Notes: a model not told the origin generated them from the sequence alone. A stretch of DNA of 63,145 nucleotides, filler included, from Basidiobolus ranarum (GCA_040143965.1; 57 parts of 57 records of this genome joined end to end with filler, not necessarily neighbours in it); one strand, 5' to 3'; positions 1 to 11,672 are shown, counted from the first letter of the whole stretch. Translations and numbers: made by a program.

Positions 1-960
1 AACTACCTACCATAGATTGATAAGGGAACTCAGGCCTTTCAAATGGCATATACTGAGCCATATTTGGCTGATTTTCATCATTTTTGATGGGATTTTTGAC
101 TAGTTTCACACCTGGATCCATGAGAGTTGCTACTGGCTTGCTATTCTCCATCCTGTAACATCTGAGAATGTCTGAGATGTCATTAGATTGATTCAGAGTA
201 ATAGATTTGTTCAATATATTTGTATGGATCTGCAGACCTAAAAAATATGTAAGTTCACCTAAATTGGTCATCTTGAATTGGACTGATAAATCACTTTTGG
301 TGTTCCCAAAAGCTTCATCATTATTGGTGGCTATAATCAGGTCATCTACATAAAGGGCAATCATCACCTTACTGTCCTTATCTGTCTTAAAGTAGATCCC
401 AAAATCTACCTACTCTTTTGGAAATCAAGTGATTCCAAGTATGTGTCTCTCTTAGTGTACCAGGCCCTGGGCAATTGTTGAAGTCCATAAAGTGATTTTT
501 GAAGCTAGCACCCATCCTCAGGGTGCTCACAATCCACAAAACTATCTGTTTGATCTATGAATATATCCTCTTCCAAGTCCCCATTCAAAAAAGCAGTTTC
601 AGCACCCATTTGATGTATTTTTAAGCTGTGCTTTGCTGCTACAACTAGTATGGTTCTGATGGAATTAAACTTTACTACAGGGGCAAATGTTTCATTGTAG
701 TCCACTCCTTCCATTTGAGAGTATCCTTTAGCCACAAGTCTTGCTTTATATCTTTCTACAGATCCATTAGCTTGCTGTTTAACTTTAAACACCCATATGC
801 ATCCAATAGATTTTTGGTCATCAGGTAACTTAGCCAAAGTCCAAGTTTGGTTATCTATGAGTGACTGATACTCCTCTGTCATTGCAGCACTCCAAAACTT
901 TGTGTTCAGACTCTCCATAGCCTCCTGTACTGATTTGGGCTCATCAGAAAAGGCTAAATT
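1..960 (-). mobile_element. Ty1/copia reverse transcriptase fragment (degenerate)
   Basis: ORF 505..918 has WVFKVK..YKARLVAKGYSQ..TFAPV..TAFLNG; downstream reads KSLYGL and LYVDDL with stops/frameshifts. Confidence 0.95.
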
Positions 961-1018
961 AGCACTAGGCTCCTTTTGGATAGTGTGAGATTAGTATTCA
1001 GGTGGAGATCTCATCTGA

Positions 1019-1118
1019 NNNNNNNNNNNNNNNNNNNNNNNNNNNNNNNNNNNNNNNNNNNNTTAATTAATTAANNNNNNNNNNNNNNNNNNNNNNNNNN
1101 NNNNNNNNNNNNNNNNNN
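1019..1118. other. Artificial contig spacer N44-TTAATTAATTAA-N44 (first of 56; recurs about every 1.1 kb)
   Basis: Identical 100-nt spacer with a six-frame stop linker; contigs between spacers fall monotonically in length from 1018 to 1002 bp. Confidence 0.98.
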
Positions 1119-1297
1119 TGAAATGCATGTTTCTAGGTTATTGAACTTAATCTAAGGCCTACAGACTCTATGATACCAAAATTTCCAAGTTAATCAGGTC
1201 CAGGGATGTTTTGCTTGATGAATATGAGTGATTTTCATCAAAAATGATCTCAGATGATTTCAAAAATTTTTTTCTCCTGATCCAATCATTCAAATTA
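1119..1297 (+). mobile_element. Ty1/copia integrase C-terminal (SH3-like) fragment
   Basis: Translates KCMFLGY*T*SKAYRLYD..LIRSRDVLLDE; cut at 1298 by a CCCTAACAG terminus. Confidence 0.8.
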
Positions 1298-2136
1298 CCC
1301 TAACAGAAATTTGAGGATTATTATTGAAGGAAAACCATCACAATTTTAATCCAATTGGGATTGACTGTTACCTACCATCATAAAATGATCAAGTTAAATT
1401 TGATTTTAATTAATTTTTTCAGTTTCAGAAGTGATATTTCAAGATCTTGCAAAATAGTTGCACATGATTGGCTAAAATCTCAGCAAACTATGGATCAATG
1501 CATGTGCAAAAACCGTAACTCAAATTTTACACATTTATCACTTGAACCCTAATTTGTCACCTTTGAAATTCCTAGTTTCTTTGATATATTCTCCTGTAAT
1601 TTTTATAGAGTTCTTCATACCTAAGGTTTAGCTCATATCTAACACAAGTTTTTATCAATATCTCCATCAAAGCCCACCATTGTATTACTGTTGCTGACTC
1701 AACATTCTTCCAGCTATCTGGCAGATACCCTGCAATATTGTGCCACTCTGTATTAGGTTCTTCCTAGATATTTGCATGGTCAACACCAGATTGAATGTTG
1801 AGTTGAATGTTCTTCTTCTGTAGCCACTTTCTGCATACTTGCACTACATTTTTCCCTTCATACTCTTGAAAATACTCCTCAAGTACTTTCACTTTTTTCA
1901 TATGTCCTTGTAGTGTGACACTACTGAAGGTGCTTTGCAGTGTTTGTGTGGCTTTTTGCTTGCCTTTAACTTTGGGGCTAATTTCAACACTTTGGAAAGT
2001 ACCAGTTGAGGTTGGAGAGCCATGAGTTTTACTTGCTGGTGTTTTGGCTTGTTGAGAGGTGCCAGGTGTTGGACAAACTTCCAAAATGCATGTTGAATTT
2101 TCCACTATATAGCTGAGTTAGTTGTATTGGAATGTT
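1298..2136 (-). mobile_element. CACTA/EnSpm-like element: 'CAG' terminus plus 3' half of accessory ORF2, fused to a short transposase piece at ~2088-2136
   Basis: CCCTAACAGAAATTTGAGG matches termini at 28417 (rc) and 28741; ORF 1764..2105 matches ORF2 copies in 37833-38839 and 44473-45478. Confidence 0.85.
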
Positions 2137-2236
2137 NNNNNNNNNNNNNNNNNNNNNNNNNNNNNNNNNNNNNNNNNNNNTTAATTAATTAANNNNNNNN
2201 NNNNNNNNNNNNNNNNNNNNNNNNNNNNNNNNNNNN

Positions 2237-3254
2237 TAACTTGCTCATATATTGCCCTAATATAATGAAGTTTCTACAAATTATTTTGCTTAGCTCCAGA
2301 AGCTACCTAATTCCCTTTTTGATCCCTGATTGTACAGCCATTTTGATCAAAATTAAAGCTATATCCCTCAGATATAGCTTTACTAACTGCTAACAAAATT
2401 ATTGCTATCCCAGGCACATATAGCACATTTTCAGTGCTAAGTATATGTCTCAGAGATGCCCCCAAGATCCACCTCAATTTCTCCCACTGCCAGAGCTTCT
2501 AGTGGCTAGTCATCTCCCATGTGAACCTTCTTATCTATGTCAGCTTTGAGTGTCTTAAACCAGTTTTTTTCATTAGAGAAATGTTGAGTGGCTTCAGAAT
2601 CAATATGCCATAGCCTACAGTAATGTTCCGAGATCACTGATAGGGCAGAAATGAATAAGACTTCCTCTTTGGTTGAAACCTGATTTACTTGTTTGGTCTT
2701 CTCTTTTTGTTAAACTTTTTCATTTGCAATCTTGTGCCACTTCCTCAGATTCTTTTTGCCAATTCTAACTTCTGAGGTGTTGATTCATCAGCCTGGGCAC
2801 CACAAACACAAAAGAGAACTTGTCAGATCTTGCTTCCTAAGCTGTGACCAAGTTTGAATACTACTCTAGTAGACTACTTGGAAGAGTCAAAATGACATCT
2901 TCTTCCTCTAAAGTCACACCAATATTTTCCAGTTGTTTTGCCAAAGATCTCACATGTGAAATATGAGTAAGCATACTGTCAGACCTTTCCATCTTTATTT
3001 TGAAGAAATCTTTCTGAGAAAGAGTCTATTAGCAAAACTCTTTGCTTCATAACACTCTTCCAATGTAGTCCAAGCTTGATAGGAAGTCTTTGCATAATGA
3101 ATATTCACAAGTTGTGAATCCTTCAAACTGTGACAAATGATATGAAAGACCTTCTTGTCTCTTTTCTTGTAAGCTTCCAATAAAGACGGGTCAGATGGTT
3201 CAATATCATTTCCAGAGACTTCATCACAAAGCTCCCTGCCTTCCAGCATGATTT
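2237..3254 (-). mobile_element. Ty1/copia gag-protease fragment, zinc knuckle deleted
   Basis: Gag (AYKKRDKK..AWTTLEECYEAKS) and protease WHIDSEATQH; near-colinear with 12393-13297 but lacks its CCHC segment. Confidence 0.9.
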
Positions 3255-3679
3255 NNNNNNNNNNNNNNNNNNNNNNNNNNNNNNNNNNNNNNNNNNNNTT
3301 AATTAATTAANNNNNNNNNNNNNNNNNNNNNNNNNNNNNNNNNNNNNNNNNNNNCCATCCACCAGGCCATTCAAGTCGCATTCTCACCCAGATTGTGTAA
3401 ACGTTACCATAACAAGAATAGCGCAACTTGATATAGCTAGTATAATGCAAGTTATTATTTTTTGGTTATAATAGTTAACCTTTGATATGGTTTGCATTTT
3501 TCCAGTATCATTATTGTGATACTACTATGTTTGCTGTTAAAAGAATGTTTAAACTTGTACTTGAATAATTGTAAGATGTTCATTACTGAAACCTACTACC
3601 ACCAGAATAGAGTGATACCACCGTAGTTTGGGGTAAGTAATGCGTAACAAACTGGAGCAGCAAGGAGATATTTAAAAAA

Positions 3680-4372
3680 ATGACTTGGAGCCACAATATT
3701 GAGATGTTCTGGTTCTTGTTTACTATTTTCTTTCTATGGGCAAGTGTCCTATTTGCCTTGGATGCTCCTGGTGATGTTCAGTTGCTGAGAGACTCCGTAA
3801 TATACTCAAATGCTACTATGACAAGTAGCCTACTGACTGAACTGCCAAGTGGCACTGTTGTGAAAGTTTTATGCCAGACTCTAGATACCAACAGTAAACC
3901 TAATAATGACAGTACACCGGTTGGGCGAAGGTATGTAAGGCGGAAATTCTCATTTTGGTAAATTACTAACAATTAATTTCAGTGTGTGGAGTAAGGTTAA
4001 CTATCTGAATTATACTGGCTTTATACCTTATGCACATATGGAACAAACTGAGAGTTGGCTACCGGGGGCACCTAGATGTAACTGCAATAGGCCAGGTGTA
4101 CTATATGTGGATAATGTAAAAATGACTCATGATAAGGCGGTTAAAACTCTACTGGCTCATAATATTTCACTTGGTTGCTCAAATGAAGCTGGACGTGTAT
4201 GTCCCTCACTAGAGGGCATTAGAGTGGAGACAATTGAAGGGCTAGCCAATTTTGTTGAAACTAGTAAGTGCAAAGAAATCCAAGTAATTGGTGGCACCGA
4301 AGTTCAGGATCCAATCTCCAACTATTCCCACAGTAATGGGTTTAGAATTGATTTCATATCAAGTGGCTGTAT
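3680..4372 (+). CDS. Secreted protein: signal peptide + actinobacterial-type SH3 domain + GGTE..SHxNGxxxD (M15/DD-peptidase-like) domain; 3' truncated; intron 3931-3982
   Basis: Hydrophobic N-terminus; removing GTATGT..TACTAAC..AG joins ORFs 3680 and 3984 in frame (PVGRS|VWSKV); motifs VKVLCQT..VWSKV..GFIP..PGAPRC and KMTH..CPSLEGIR..IGGTEV..YSHSNGFRIDF. Confidence 0.8.
3931..3982 (+). other. Spliceosomal intron (52 nt)
   Basis: GTATGT donor, TACTAAC branch point at 3964-3970, AG acceptor; phase restores the reading frame. Confidence 0.85.
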
Positions 4373-4472
4373 NNNNNNNNNNNNNNNNNNNNNNNNNNNN
4401 NNNNNNNNNNNNNNNNTTAATTAATTAANNNNNNNNNNNNNNNNNNNNNNNNNNNNNNNNNNNNNNNNNNNN

Positions 4473-4682
4473 GGTGATGGTAACGGTGGAGCTGACAATG
4501 GCAACGGTGGTAACGGAGCTGGTGCATATGATGCTGGAAATGGTGGAAATGGAAGTGGTGATGGTAATGACGGAGCTGGCAATGGGGGTGACCATGGAGA
4601 CGGTGGTAATGGATCTAGCGCTTATGACGCTGGAAAGGGTGGAAATGGTAATAGTAATGGAGAGCAGGACTGCGACAAATAG
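4473..4682 (+). CDS. 3' end of a Gly/Asn/Asp-rich low-complexity protein
   Basis: Frame from 4473 reads GDGNGGADNGNGGNGAGAYDAGNGGNGSGDG...GEQDCDK* with varied synonymous codons; absent from the ORF track because it has no start. Confidence 0.7.
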   Translation, partial: GDGNGGADNGNGGNGAGAYDAGNGGNGSGDGNDGAGNGGDHGDGGNGSSAYDAGKGGNGNSNGEQDCDK

Positions 4683-5316
4683 AGACCTCAACTTGTTATA
4701 CTTATATTTATACCGTATTTGTTTATGCTCCATGATGTAGAAGATTTCAAGATAAGTTCGATTACAATACAAACATATTTAACGATTGATTTCCAGATAA
4801 ATTGTACGCTTTCAATATTGGTGAATAAGGCAATACATAGAGCTCCTACTCTCCAATGTAGGATTAAATACCGAGTGTTCATTAGATATTAAAAATCATT
4901 GGCAATACAAGGCCAATTCTTGCTGCTCTAGTCAGTTGAAATGTATTGAAATAGGGCAGCTTATAATATATAAAACTTAATTACTACCCACTTGATTATC
5001 TGAATTGGTAACACTGGTTTATCAAGAGATAGGTCAGGTTTATTATTCAAAATTGAGCTTTACCGAAGTTGAAGATTGCTTAAAATACAAGCTGCAGCGG
5101 TATCGAGTAAGATCAGATTGTAATTTGCATTGCTGTAACTAATGTTTACGGATAGTTCGACTAAAGAGTTGTCACCCAAGAGTCTTTAGCTATGAGGTCG
5201 AGGTTTGCTTATACACTATATGTGTGCAACTTATTGAGTCGCTTGAGGTATTATGTTGTCTCCGAAATTGACATCACTTTTTGTCTGATAATCCAATTTC
5301 GTAACAAACTAACCAA

Positions 5317-5388
5317 GGCTCAATGGTCTAGTCGTATGATTCCTCGTTCGGGTCGTGGAGGTCCCGGGTCCAATTCCCAGTTGAGCCC
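5317..5388 (+). tRNA. tRNA-Pro(CGG), probably degenerate/pseudogene
   Basis: Perfect acceptor stem GGCTCAA/TTGAGCC, loop TT-CGG-GT, Pro-type D arm; lesions: D-loop GG>CG, T:T in anticodon stem, T-loop TTC>TCC, C:A in T-stem. Confidence 0.8.
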
Positions 5389-5590
5389 TCTGTTTTTGTT
5401 CAATACATCACCTTTTCGATATTATAGCATTCAAGGTAATTAATGTCGGTAGCGGTAGAGAATGGTTGGAAAAGTGCAGAGTTATGAAAGNNNNNNNNNN
5501 NNNNNNNNNNNNNNNNNNNNNNNNNNNNNNNNNNTTAATTAATTAANNNNNNNNNNNNNNNNNNNNNNNNNNNNNNNNNNNNNNNNNNNN

Positions 5591-6607
5591 AAAAACCTGC
5601 AGGCATGTACTGTTTGCACTCTATTGGCAATTACTGAATCAGATAAATATTGCTCATATTTGGCTTACATACCATTGATTCCCCATCTTAAGGTTTTGAT
5701 GAAATCACCCAAATATAGATCATTGATCCAATACCAAAGTACTCACCATTAAGCTGATGGTATTACCAATATACTTGATGGATATCACTACAAGAATCTG
5801 AAAAGTCAAGGTTTCTTTGAGAAAACATATGATCATGCATTTGCATTGGGTCTAGTTGGTTTCTTGCTAAACAAATATACCATTGGAAAGGCTTGCTGGC
5901 CAATTATCTTAACTAACTTAAATCTTTTTCCTTCTGAAGGGTATAACAGTGATAATATTTTGATACTCTCCATCAGATCTGGACCTAAATCAACAGTGCT
6001 TATAGATAGCTTCTTGGAGCCTTTGATTGCAGAATGTGAATTGTTATCTAATGGGGTTTAGATGGGTAAATATTTTATTAGAGCTAATATCATTGTATGT
6101 ACCAGAGACACTCATGCCATTAGTAAATTTGGAGGTTTTTGTCAGCACAATGCACTATCTTGCTATAAATTTTGTCAAATTAATGATGTTTACTCAATAG
6201 ACTGAATCTATGCTGGTATTTAATACATTCCTTGCTGCATCTTTCACAATACTTAGAGATTATAGGCCTTTTTTATACATTCTTGGAGTTCCCAATGGAG
6301 CACACCTGCAGGGAAATGATGACCTGTGTGATGTTGTCAGTATTATCATATGCTAATCTGATTAATAATGTATCAGCAAAATCAGTGATGGATGTAATGC
6401 AATGGGTCAAAGACACTGCAGAGTATACCAATCTTCCAACAAAGGGCTCTTTTCAATGTGCTCACAGGTTTTCACATTGTTTGAGCACAATAACAGCAAC
6501 AAAGCCCAATCCATGGACACAGAGTAAGTACCTCTATAATTGAACTAATTTGCTTGTGTGATAATCTGATGGTATTTTTAGAAATCTGCAAGACAGACTT
6601 CTTTGTG
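5591..6607 (+). mobile_element. CACTA/EnSpm-like transposase fragment with internal deletion (~6195)
   Basis: ACWPIILTNLNLFPSE..GPKS..DSFLEPLIAE and EFPMEHTC motifs (Transposase_21/DUF4218-like); stops. Confidence 0.88.
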
Positions 6608-6707
6608 NNNNNNNNNNNNNNNNNNNNNNNNNNNNNNNNNNNNNNNNNNNNTTAATTAATTAANNNNNNNNNNNNNNNNNNNNNNNNNNNNNNNNNNNNN
6701 NNNNNNN

Positions 6708-7538
6708 GGTATTGGATCAATGTTCTAGATTTGGGTGATTTCTTCAAAACTTTAAGACAGGGAGTCAATGGTATGTAAGCTGAATGTGAATAATATTTAC
6801 CTGATTCAGTGATTGCCAATTGTGTACAAACAGTACATGACTTCAGGTTTTTCAGATTACCAGTGAAAGCCAAACAACCATTTGGACATGAAGGCAGTAT
6901 AAATACTGAAGGATTATAAGTCATACAATTGACAAGTGTTTTCCACTTGTACCAGGTCTGTGGCAAGCAACAGCTGCCCATCAATTGTGTAAAAGTGTAA
7001 GAAAACCAATAAACACCTGGTTGCTAAGATTGGATTGAACTCTCCACTCCTCAATAATCAAAGCTGCATCCTTTACTGTAAGTACTATGAGTGGACTATT
7101 GTTTGCTGATAACAAAGAGTCTATAACCAAACCATTGTCTTCTTCTTCAACTTCTGATATACTACCATTGGTACTGGAATAACCAAGGTCAATAACTAGC
7201 AGCAAGTCCTCAAAGTTTTCTGGACATACTGGTTCGACCAAAGTTGCATTTTGAACCACTTCATTCTGGTCATACAACTGTGGTAACTCCTTGGTATCTT
7301 GACTTTTGGCAGTGTTACCAAAACTTTGAGGCAAGCTACAGCCAGTTGACTCAATAGGCAAAACTAAAGTCAATTTAATGCACTTATTACTGTTGTTATA
7401 CACCAGGCTTTGTGCAGCTGGTGGCTTTGTACAGTGGCCTTGCTTGTGATTATTTTTTCTATGAAGCCTCTGGCTTTCATAGCACAATAATTTGCAACAA
7501 TAATAGCAGGGCTTCTTTAAACATATGTGTTGCAGCAT
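6708..7538 (-). mobile_element. CACTA/EnSpm-like transposase N-terminal part
   Basis: ORFs 6981..7538 and 6652..6984; CPNGCLAFTG..CTVC..YIPL overlaps the start of the 5591-6607 copy. Confidence 0.8.
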
Positions 7539-7824
7539 GAGAAGGATATTGTAGAAAAAAGACCACCTCCCACAAAAGGGTGGTATTTTAGGTATACCCC
7601 ATCAATATCATCAGCTGATTCCAAGACAGTGTCACAGATGAGTCATCAGGGGATTTGCATGATATTTCCGGTAATGGATGGCAATTTTGATTTATTATAA
7701 GCTGTTTCTAAGCAATTTCATTACNNNNNNNNNNNNNNNNNNNNNNNNNNNNNNNNNNNNNNNNNNNNTTAATTAATTAANNNNNNNNNNNNNNNNNNNN
7801 NNNNNNNNNNNNNNNNNNNNNNNN

Positions 7825-8839
7825 TTTAAGCCTAAGATTAATTTGCAAAAGGGGATCAGCTGCAGCCAGAGCTTCCCATTAGGCACCATTCACTTACTAT
7901 TCAACAACATTTCAATACTACTTACTCAGCTATATAGTGGAAAATTCTATATGAATGAGCCATTTGAGATAGGGACAAAGTTTGAATCAATTGAGAAAAT
8001 GCTTGAAAGCATCAAGATGCCATCTTATTTTACCAGGACTCCCATCAATATCCACTCATCTAAGCATTTATTCAAATACATAGACTGAAAGTATTGGAGT
8101 TGTATTTATTCAAGTGGAATTTTTAAAAGGTTTGTGTCTGATGAGTATTGGCAACATTGGGAGTTGTTTGTGGATATTGTTAATATATTCTTGCAGCATC
8201 AACTCACATTGGCAGAACACAGGCAGATACAGCAACTGTGCAAAGATTTTATAATTGGATGTGAAAACCTTTATTAGAGGTTTAAAGAAGATAGACTGAA
8301 TCTATGCCGGTATTCAATACATTTCCTGCAGCATCTTTCACAATGCTTAGAGATTATAGGCGCTGCTAAACATTCTGGGAGTTCCCAATGGAGTGCACCT
8401 GTGGTGAAATGACTCTGAGTGTGAAATTGTCAGTAGTACCATATGCTAATCTGATTAACAATGTATCAGCAAGATCAGCAATGGATGTAATGCAATGGGT
8501 CAAGGAGACTCTAGAGTATTTTAATCTGCCAACAAAAAGCTCTTTTCAATGTGTTCACCAGTTTTTGCATTGTTTGAGCACAATAATACCAACAAAGCCC
8601 AATCCATGGACACAGAGTAAGTACCTCTATATTTGGACTAATTTGCTTGTGTGATAATCTGACAGTATTTTTAGGAAAGCTGCAAGACAGACTTCTTGGT
8701 GAGATAGATGGAGATATGCAGTTTTATTGTTTTAGCCATGGGGTAATCTATTCAAGCAATGACACATCTACTTGTGGCAGGACATTTGTTGACTGCAAGT
8801 TGGGGATATATTGGCTGAATTCTTTATGGAAATTTGCCA
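7825..8839 (+). mobile_element. CACTA/EnSpm-like transposase C-terminal half (degenerate)
   Basis: PLGTIHLLFNNI and FWEFPMECTCG motifs; colinear with other copies. Confidence 0.88.
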
Positions 8840-8939
8840 NNNNNNNNNNNNNNNNNNNNNNNNNNNNNNNNNNNNNNNNNNNNTTAATTAATTAANNNNN
8901 NNNNNNNNNNNNNNNNNNNNNNNNNNNNNNNNNNNNNNN

Positions 8940-9954
8940 TATCTCAAAGCTGTACACAATGATCAACTTACAGATAGAAGAAAAGCCACAAAGGCTGTAC
9001 TCAAGGAACAGGGAGTTAATAAACCAGAGGGAAAAGCAAAGGAGCTAGTGATTCCAGGCTCTGCTGTCCCACTTAACAAATTTTTCACACCATTACAAAG
9101 TTCTGTATTGACAGAGTCAGATATACATGGAGATATATTTGCAAAAAGGCTTAATCCTACCATGCAACCAAGTACACCAGTTAGAACAGTGCTAAATTTT
9201 GAAGTTTATGTGATACCGATTTTGGCACAATTCTTTTCAGAAATTTGCCAAAATCCAATGGCTTGATCTCATTGCAAACAGTAACAAGAGTAAGCTATAT
9301 GCCCAGTGTCAGTAATATTCAAGATTTCAGATGTTCAGCAATTTTTCCACTATTAATTTGCTGGTTAATCATATTGCTGTTTTTGAGTTATGTCTGATCA
9401 GTCAAGTATGAACATATGTACAGACTAAACACAACAAGAGTCTTGTATTTTTTGATTCTCAATGTGGCTGGAATACAAAGCCCAAAATTGAAATAAAGTT
9501 ATATATATTAGTTTGAATTTCTGTACCAGTAACCCAGTAATTTGCCATTTAAAATTATTTTTTTGCAAAAATTGTTGGAATTGAATAATAGATGCCAAAT
9601 ATTGGGATCAATATTATACCATATATGAAGACCAACCATTACCATCAAAAGCCACTGAATCACCTTTGAAATCCATGGCAGAGTGCAAGCCACCAATCTT
9701 GTGACAGTCCTCTGATGGTTTTGCAATCCTGCAGGCTGGATCCAATCCAGCTCAAATTGTTTTTATTTTTGATGGGGGGTGGATGATAATCTGGATTTTT
9801 GCAAGCTAATGACAATTGTGCTAATATAGAACTATTGATGAAGTATCTCAAAGCTGTACACAATGATCAACTTACAGATAGAAGAAAAGCCACAAAGGCT
9901 GTACTCAAGGAACAGGGAGTTAATAAACCAGAGGGAAAAGCAAAGGAGCTAGTG
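8940..9954 (+). repeat. 904-bp tandem/circular unit built from rearranged CACTA pieces
   Basis: 8940-9050 identical to 9844-9954 (111 bp); contains an ORF2 piece, the transposase 3' end and a decayed terminus near 9780. Confidence 0.8.
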
Positions 9955-10054
9955 NNNNNNNNNNNNNNNNNNNNNNNNNNNNNNNNNNNNNNNNNNNNTT
10001 AATTAATTAANNNNNNNNNNNNNNNNNNNNNNNNNNNNNNNNNNNNNNNNNNNN

Positions 10055-10969
10055 ATGGATCCTTGTGGACTTACCTACTGGAAGAAAAACTATTGGAAAT
10101 AGATTGGTGCTGAAACTGAAACTTGACTCAGATGGATCTATCAACCAGTGCAAAGCAAGGTAAGTAGTAAAAGGCTATGCTCAGAAAAATGGCATTGACA
10201 ATGATGAAACATCTTCTCCTGTGGCTAAGTTTACCTCTATCAGAGTAATCCTAGCCATTGCTACCCACCAAGGAATGCTGATGGAACAAATGGATGTTGA
10301 GACCACATTTCTTAATGGAGAAATTGATGAAGATATATACATGGATCAACCAGAGGGATATATTGCAAAAAGGAAAAGAACATGAAGTATGCAAACAGTA
10401 GAAAAGTTTATATGGTCTCAAACAGGCTCCTTGCACATGGAATACTAAAATCAATCAGATCTTCATTAAACATCATTTCCATCATAGCAAAGCTGATCAC
10501 TGCATACACTTCAAGACTATGAAAGCCACCAAAGTCATAATTGCTCTCAATGTTGATGTTAATATAAAAGTTAGTAATTGCTCAAATCCGATGAAAATGA
10601 CTAAGACCTGGCTATCTGCTGAGTTTGAAATGCAACATCCTGGATCACTAGCATATTGTCTTGGAATGCAGATACATCAGAATTTCACTATTGGAACACT
10701 ATGTGTTGCCCAAGAAAAATATATTTGAGATGCTTTAAACACATTCAGTATGTCAGAATGTAAAACAGCTTCATAATACTGCATATGCTGAAACTCACTA
10801 AGGATATGAAACCAAAGACCTCTGAAGATATGGAAATCATGAAACATATTCCTTACTGTAGTGCAGTTGGAAGTCTCATATATGCAATAACTGATACTAG
10901 GTCTGAAATTGCTACAGCAGTAAGCATAGTAAGCAAATATATGAAAAATCCTGCAATGGACCATTGGAT
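10055..10969 (+). mobile_element. Ty1/copia reverse transcriptase fragment (degenerate)
   Basis: [21 protein letters not shown] and PYCSAVGSLIY motifs with stops. Confidence 0.92.
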
Positions 10970-11069
10970 TGTTGAAATTATTTAGGGAGAAATATTGATC
11001 TGGCCAGGAATTGAACCTGGGACCTCCTTCACTCTAGCAAGGTGCTCTTACCACTGAGCTACCAGTCCT
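10970..11069 (-). mobile_element. LTR-like terminus (..TTTCAACA) containing a tRNA-like cassette (10996-11068, minus strand)
   Basis: rc: GGACTGG TAGCTCAGTGGTAAGAGC..GGTTCAATTCC..; same boundary as the copy at 56627-56855; interrupts copia RT. Confidence 0.8.
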
Positions 11070-11169
11070 NNNNNNNNNNNNNNNNNNNNNNNNNNNNNNN
11101 NNNNNNNNNNNNNTTAATTAATTAANNNNNNNNNNNNNNNNNNNNNNNNNNNNNNNNNNNNNNNNNNNN

Positions 11170-11672
11170 CTCAAGACAGACAACTAGAGGCAGTTACAGG
11201 CTACTGTGTGACTAGAAAGGACTTGACCAGCTCAAAGGAAATACTGACAGATAGGTGTTATAGTTCTGATCCTTTGTATTTTTTTCTCTAGCTTTGGCTG
11301 CATAGGCAAGGAACTTTTCATATCCTTGGATAAATCACTGCTAGTGCATCCTTGTTCAAGAACCTGCTGGATGAGTTTACAATTGTTTTTGATTGGATAT
11401 ACCCTTTTTATCTGATCATTCTCAAAGGACATTGAAGCCAGTAATTTCTTTTGTCAGGCACCTGCATATTATTCAACAGAAAGCTGGACATTACAATGTG
11501 GTTTATCAGTCCTTAGACATATCTAGAGGCTTGATTCCTTTTAACAAGGACCCAAGAGGCAAGAGACAGACACATATTACAGTACATCCCAGAGTTATTC
11601 AACTCTGGTTATTGCACTCTTTGGACACCTTACAAAACCCTGAGGATGTTGCAGTTATACTTGCTGCTTACA
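11170..11672 (+). mobile_element. 3' part of long gypsy-type LTR (same family as 15626-16477 and 17852-18774)
   Basis: Reverse-complement similarity to those copies; apparent end ..TTACA abutting CACTA transposase. Confidence 0.75.

Noticed and set aside
1063-1074. Regularly spaced TTAATTAATTAA as a CRISPR-like or biological repeat
   Set aside because: Always embedded in N44 flanks; it is an artificial six-frame stop linker. ORFs ending in X..LIN are artefacts of it.
4425-4772. ORFs 4425..4772 (-) and 4474..4740 (+)
   Set aside because: Shadow frames of the Gly-rich repeat read from 4473.
5591-8839. Repeat-induced point mutation (RIP) as the cause of TE decay
   Set aside because: CpA and TpG remain abundant while CpG is lost, which fits methyl-CpG deamination rather than classical RIP.
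10996-11068. Functional tRNA-Ser(AGA) or a CUA suppressor tRNA
   Set aside because: Short variable loop, G:G in the anticodon stem, mismatched acceptor stem, and CTA is not at positions 34-36; treated as an element-borne tRNA-like sequence.
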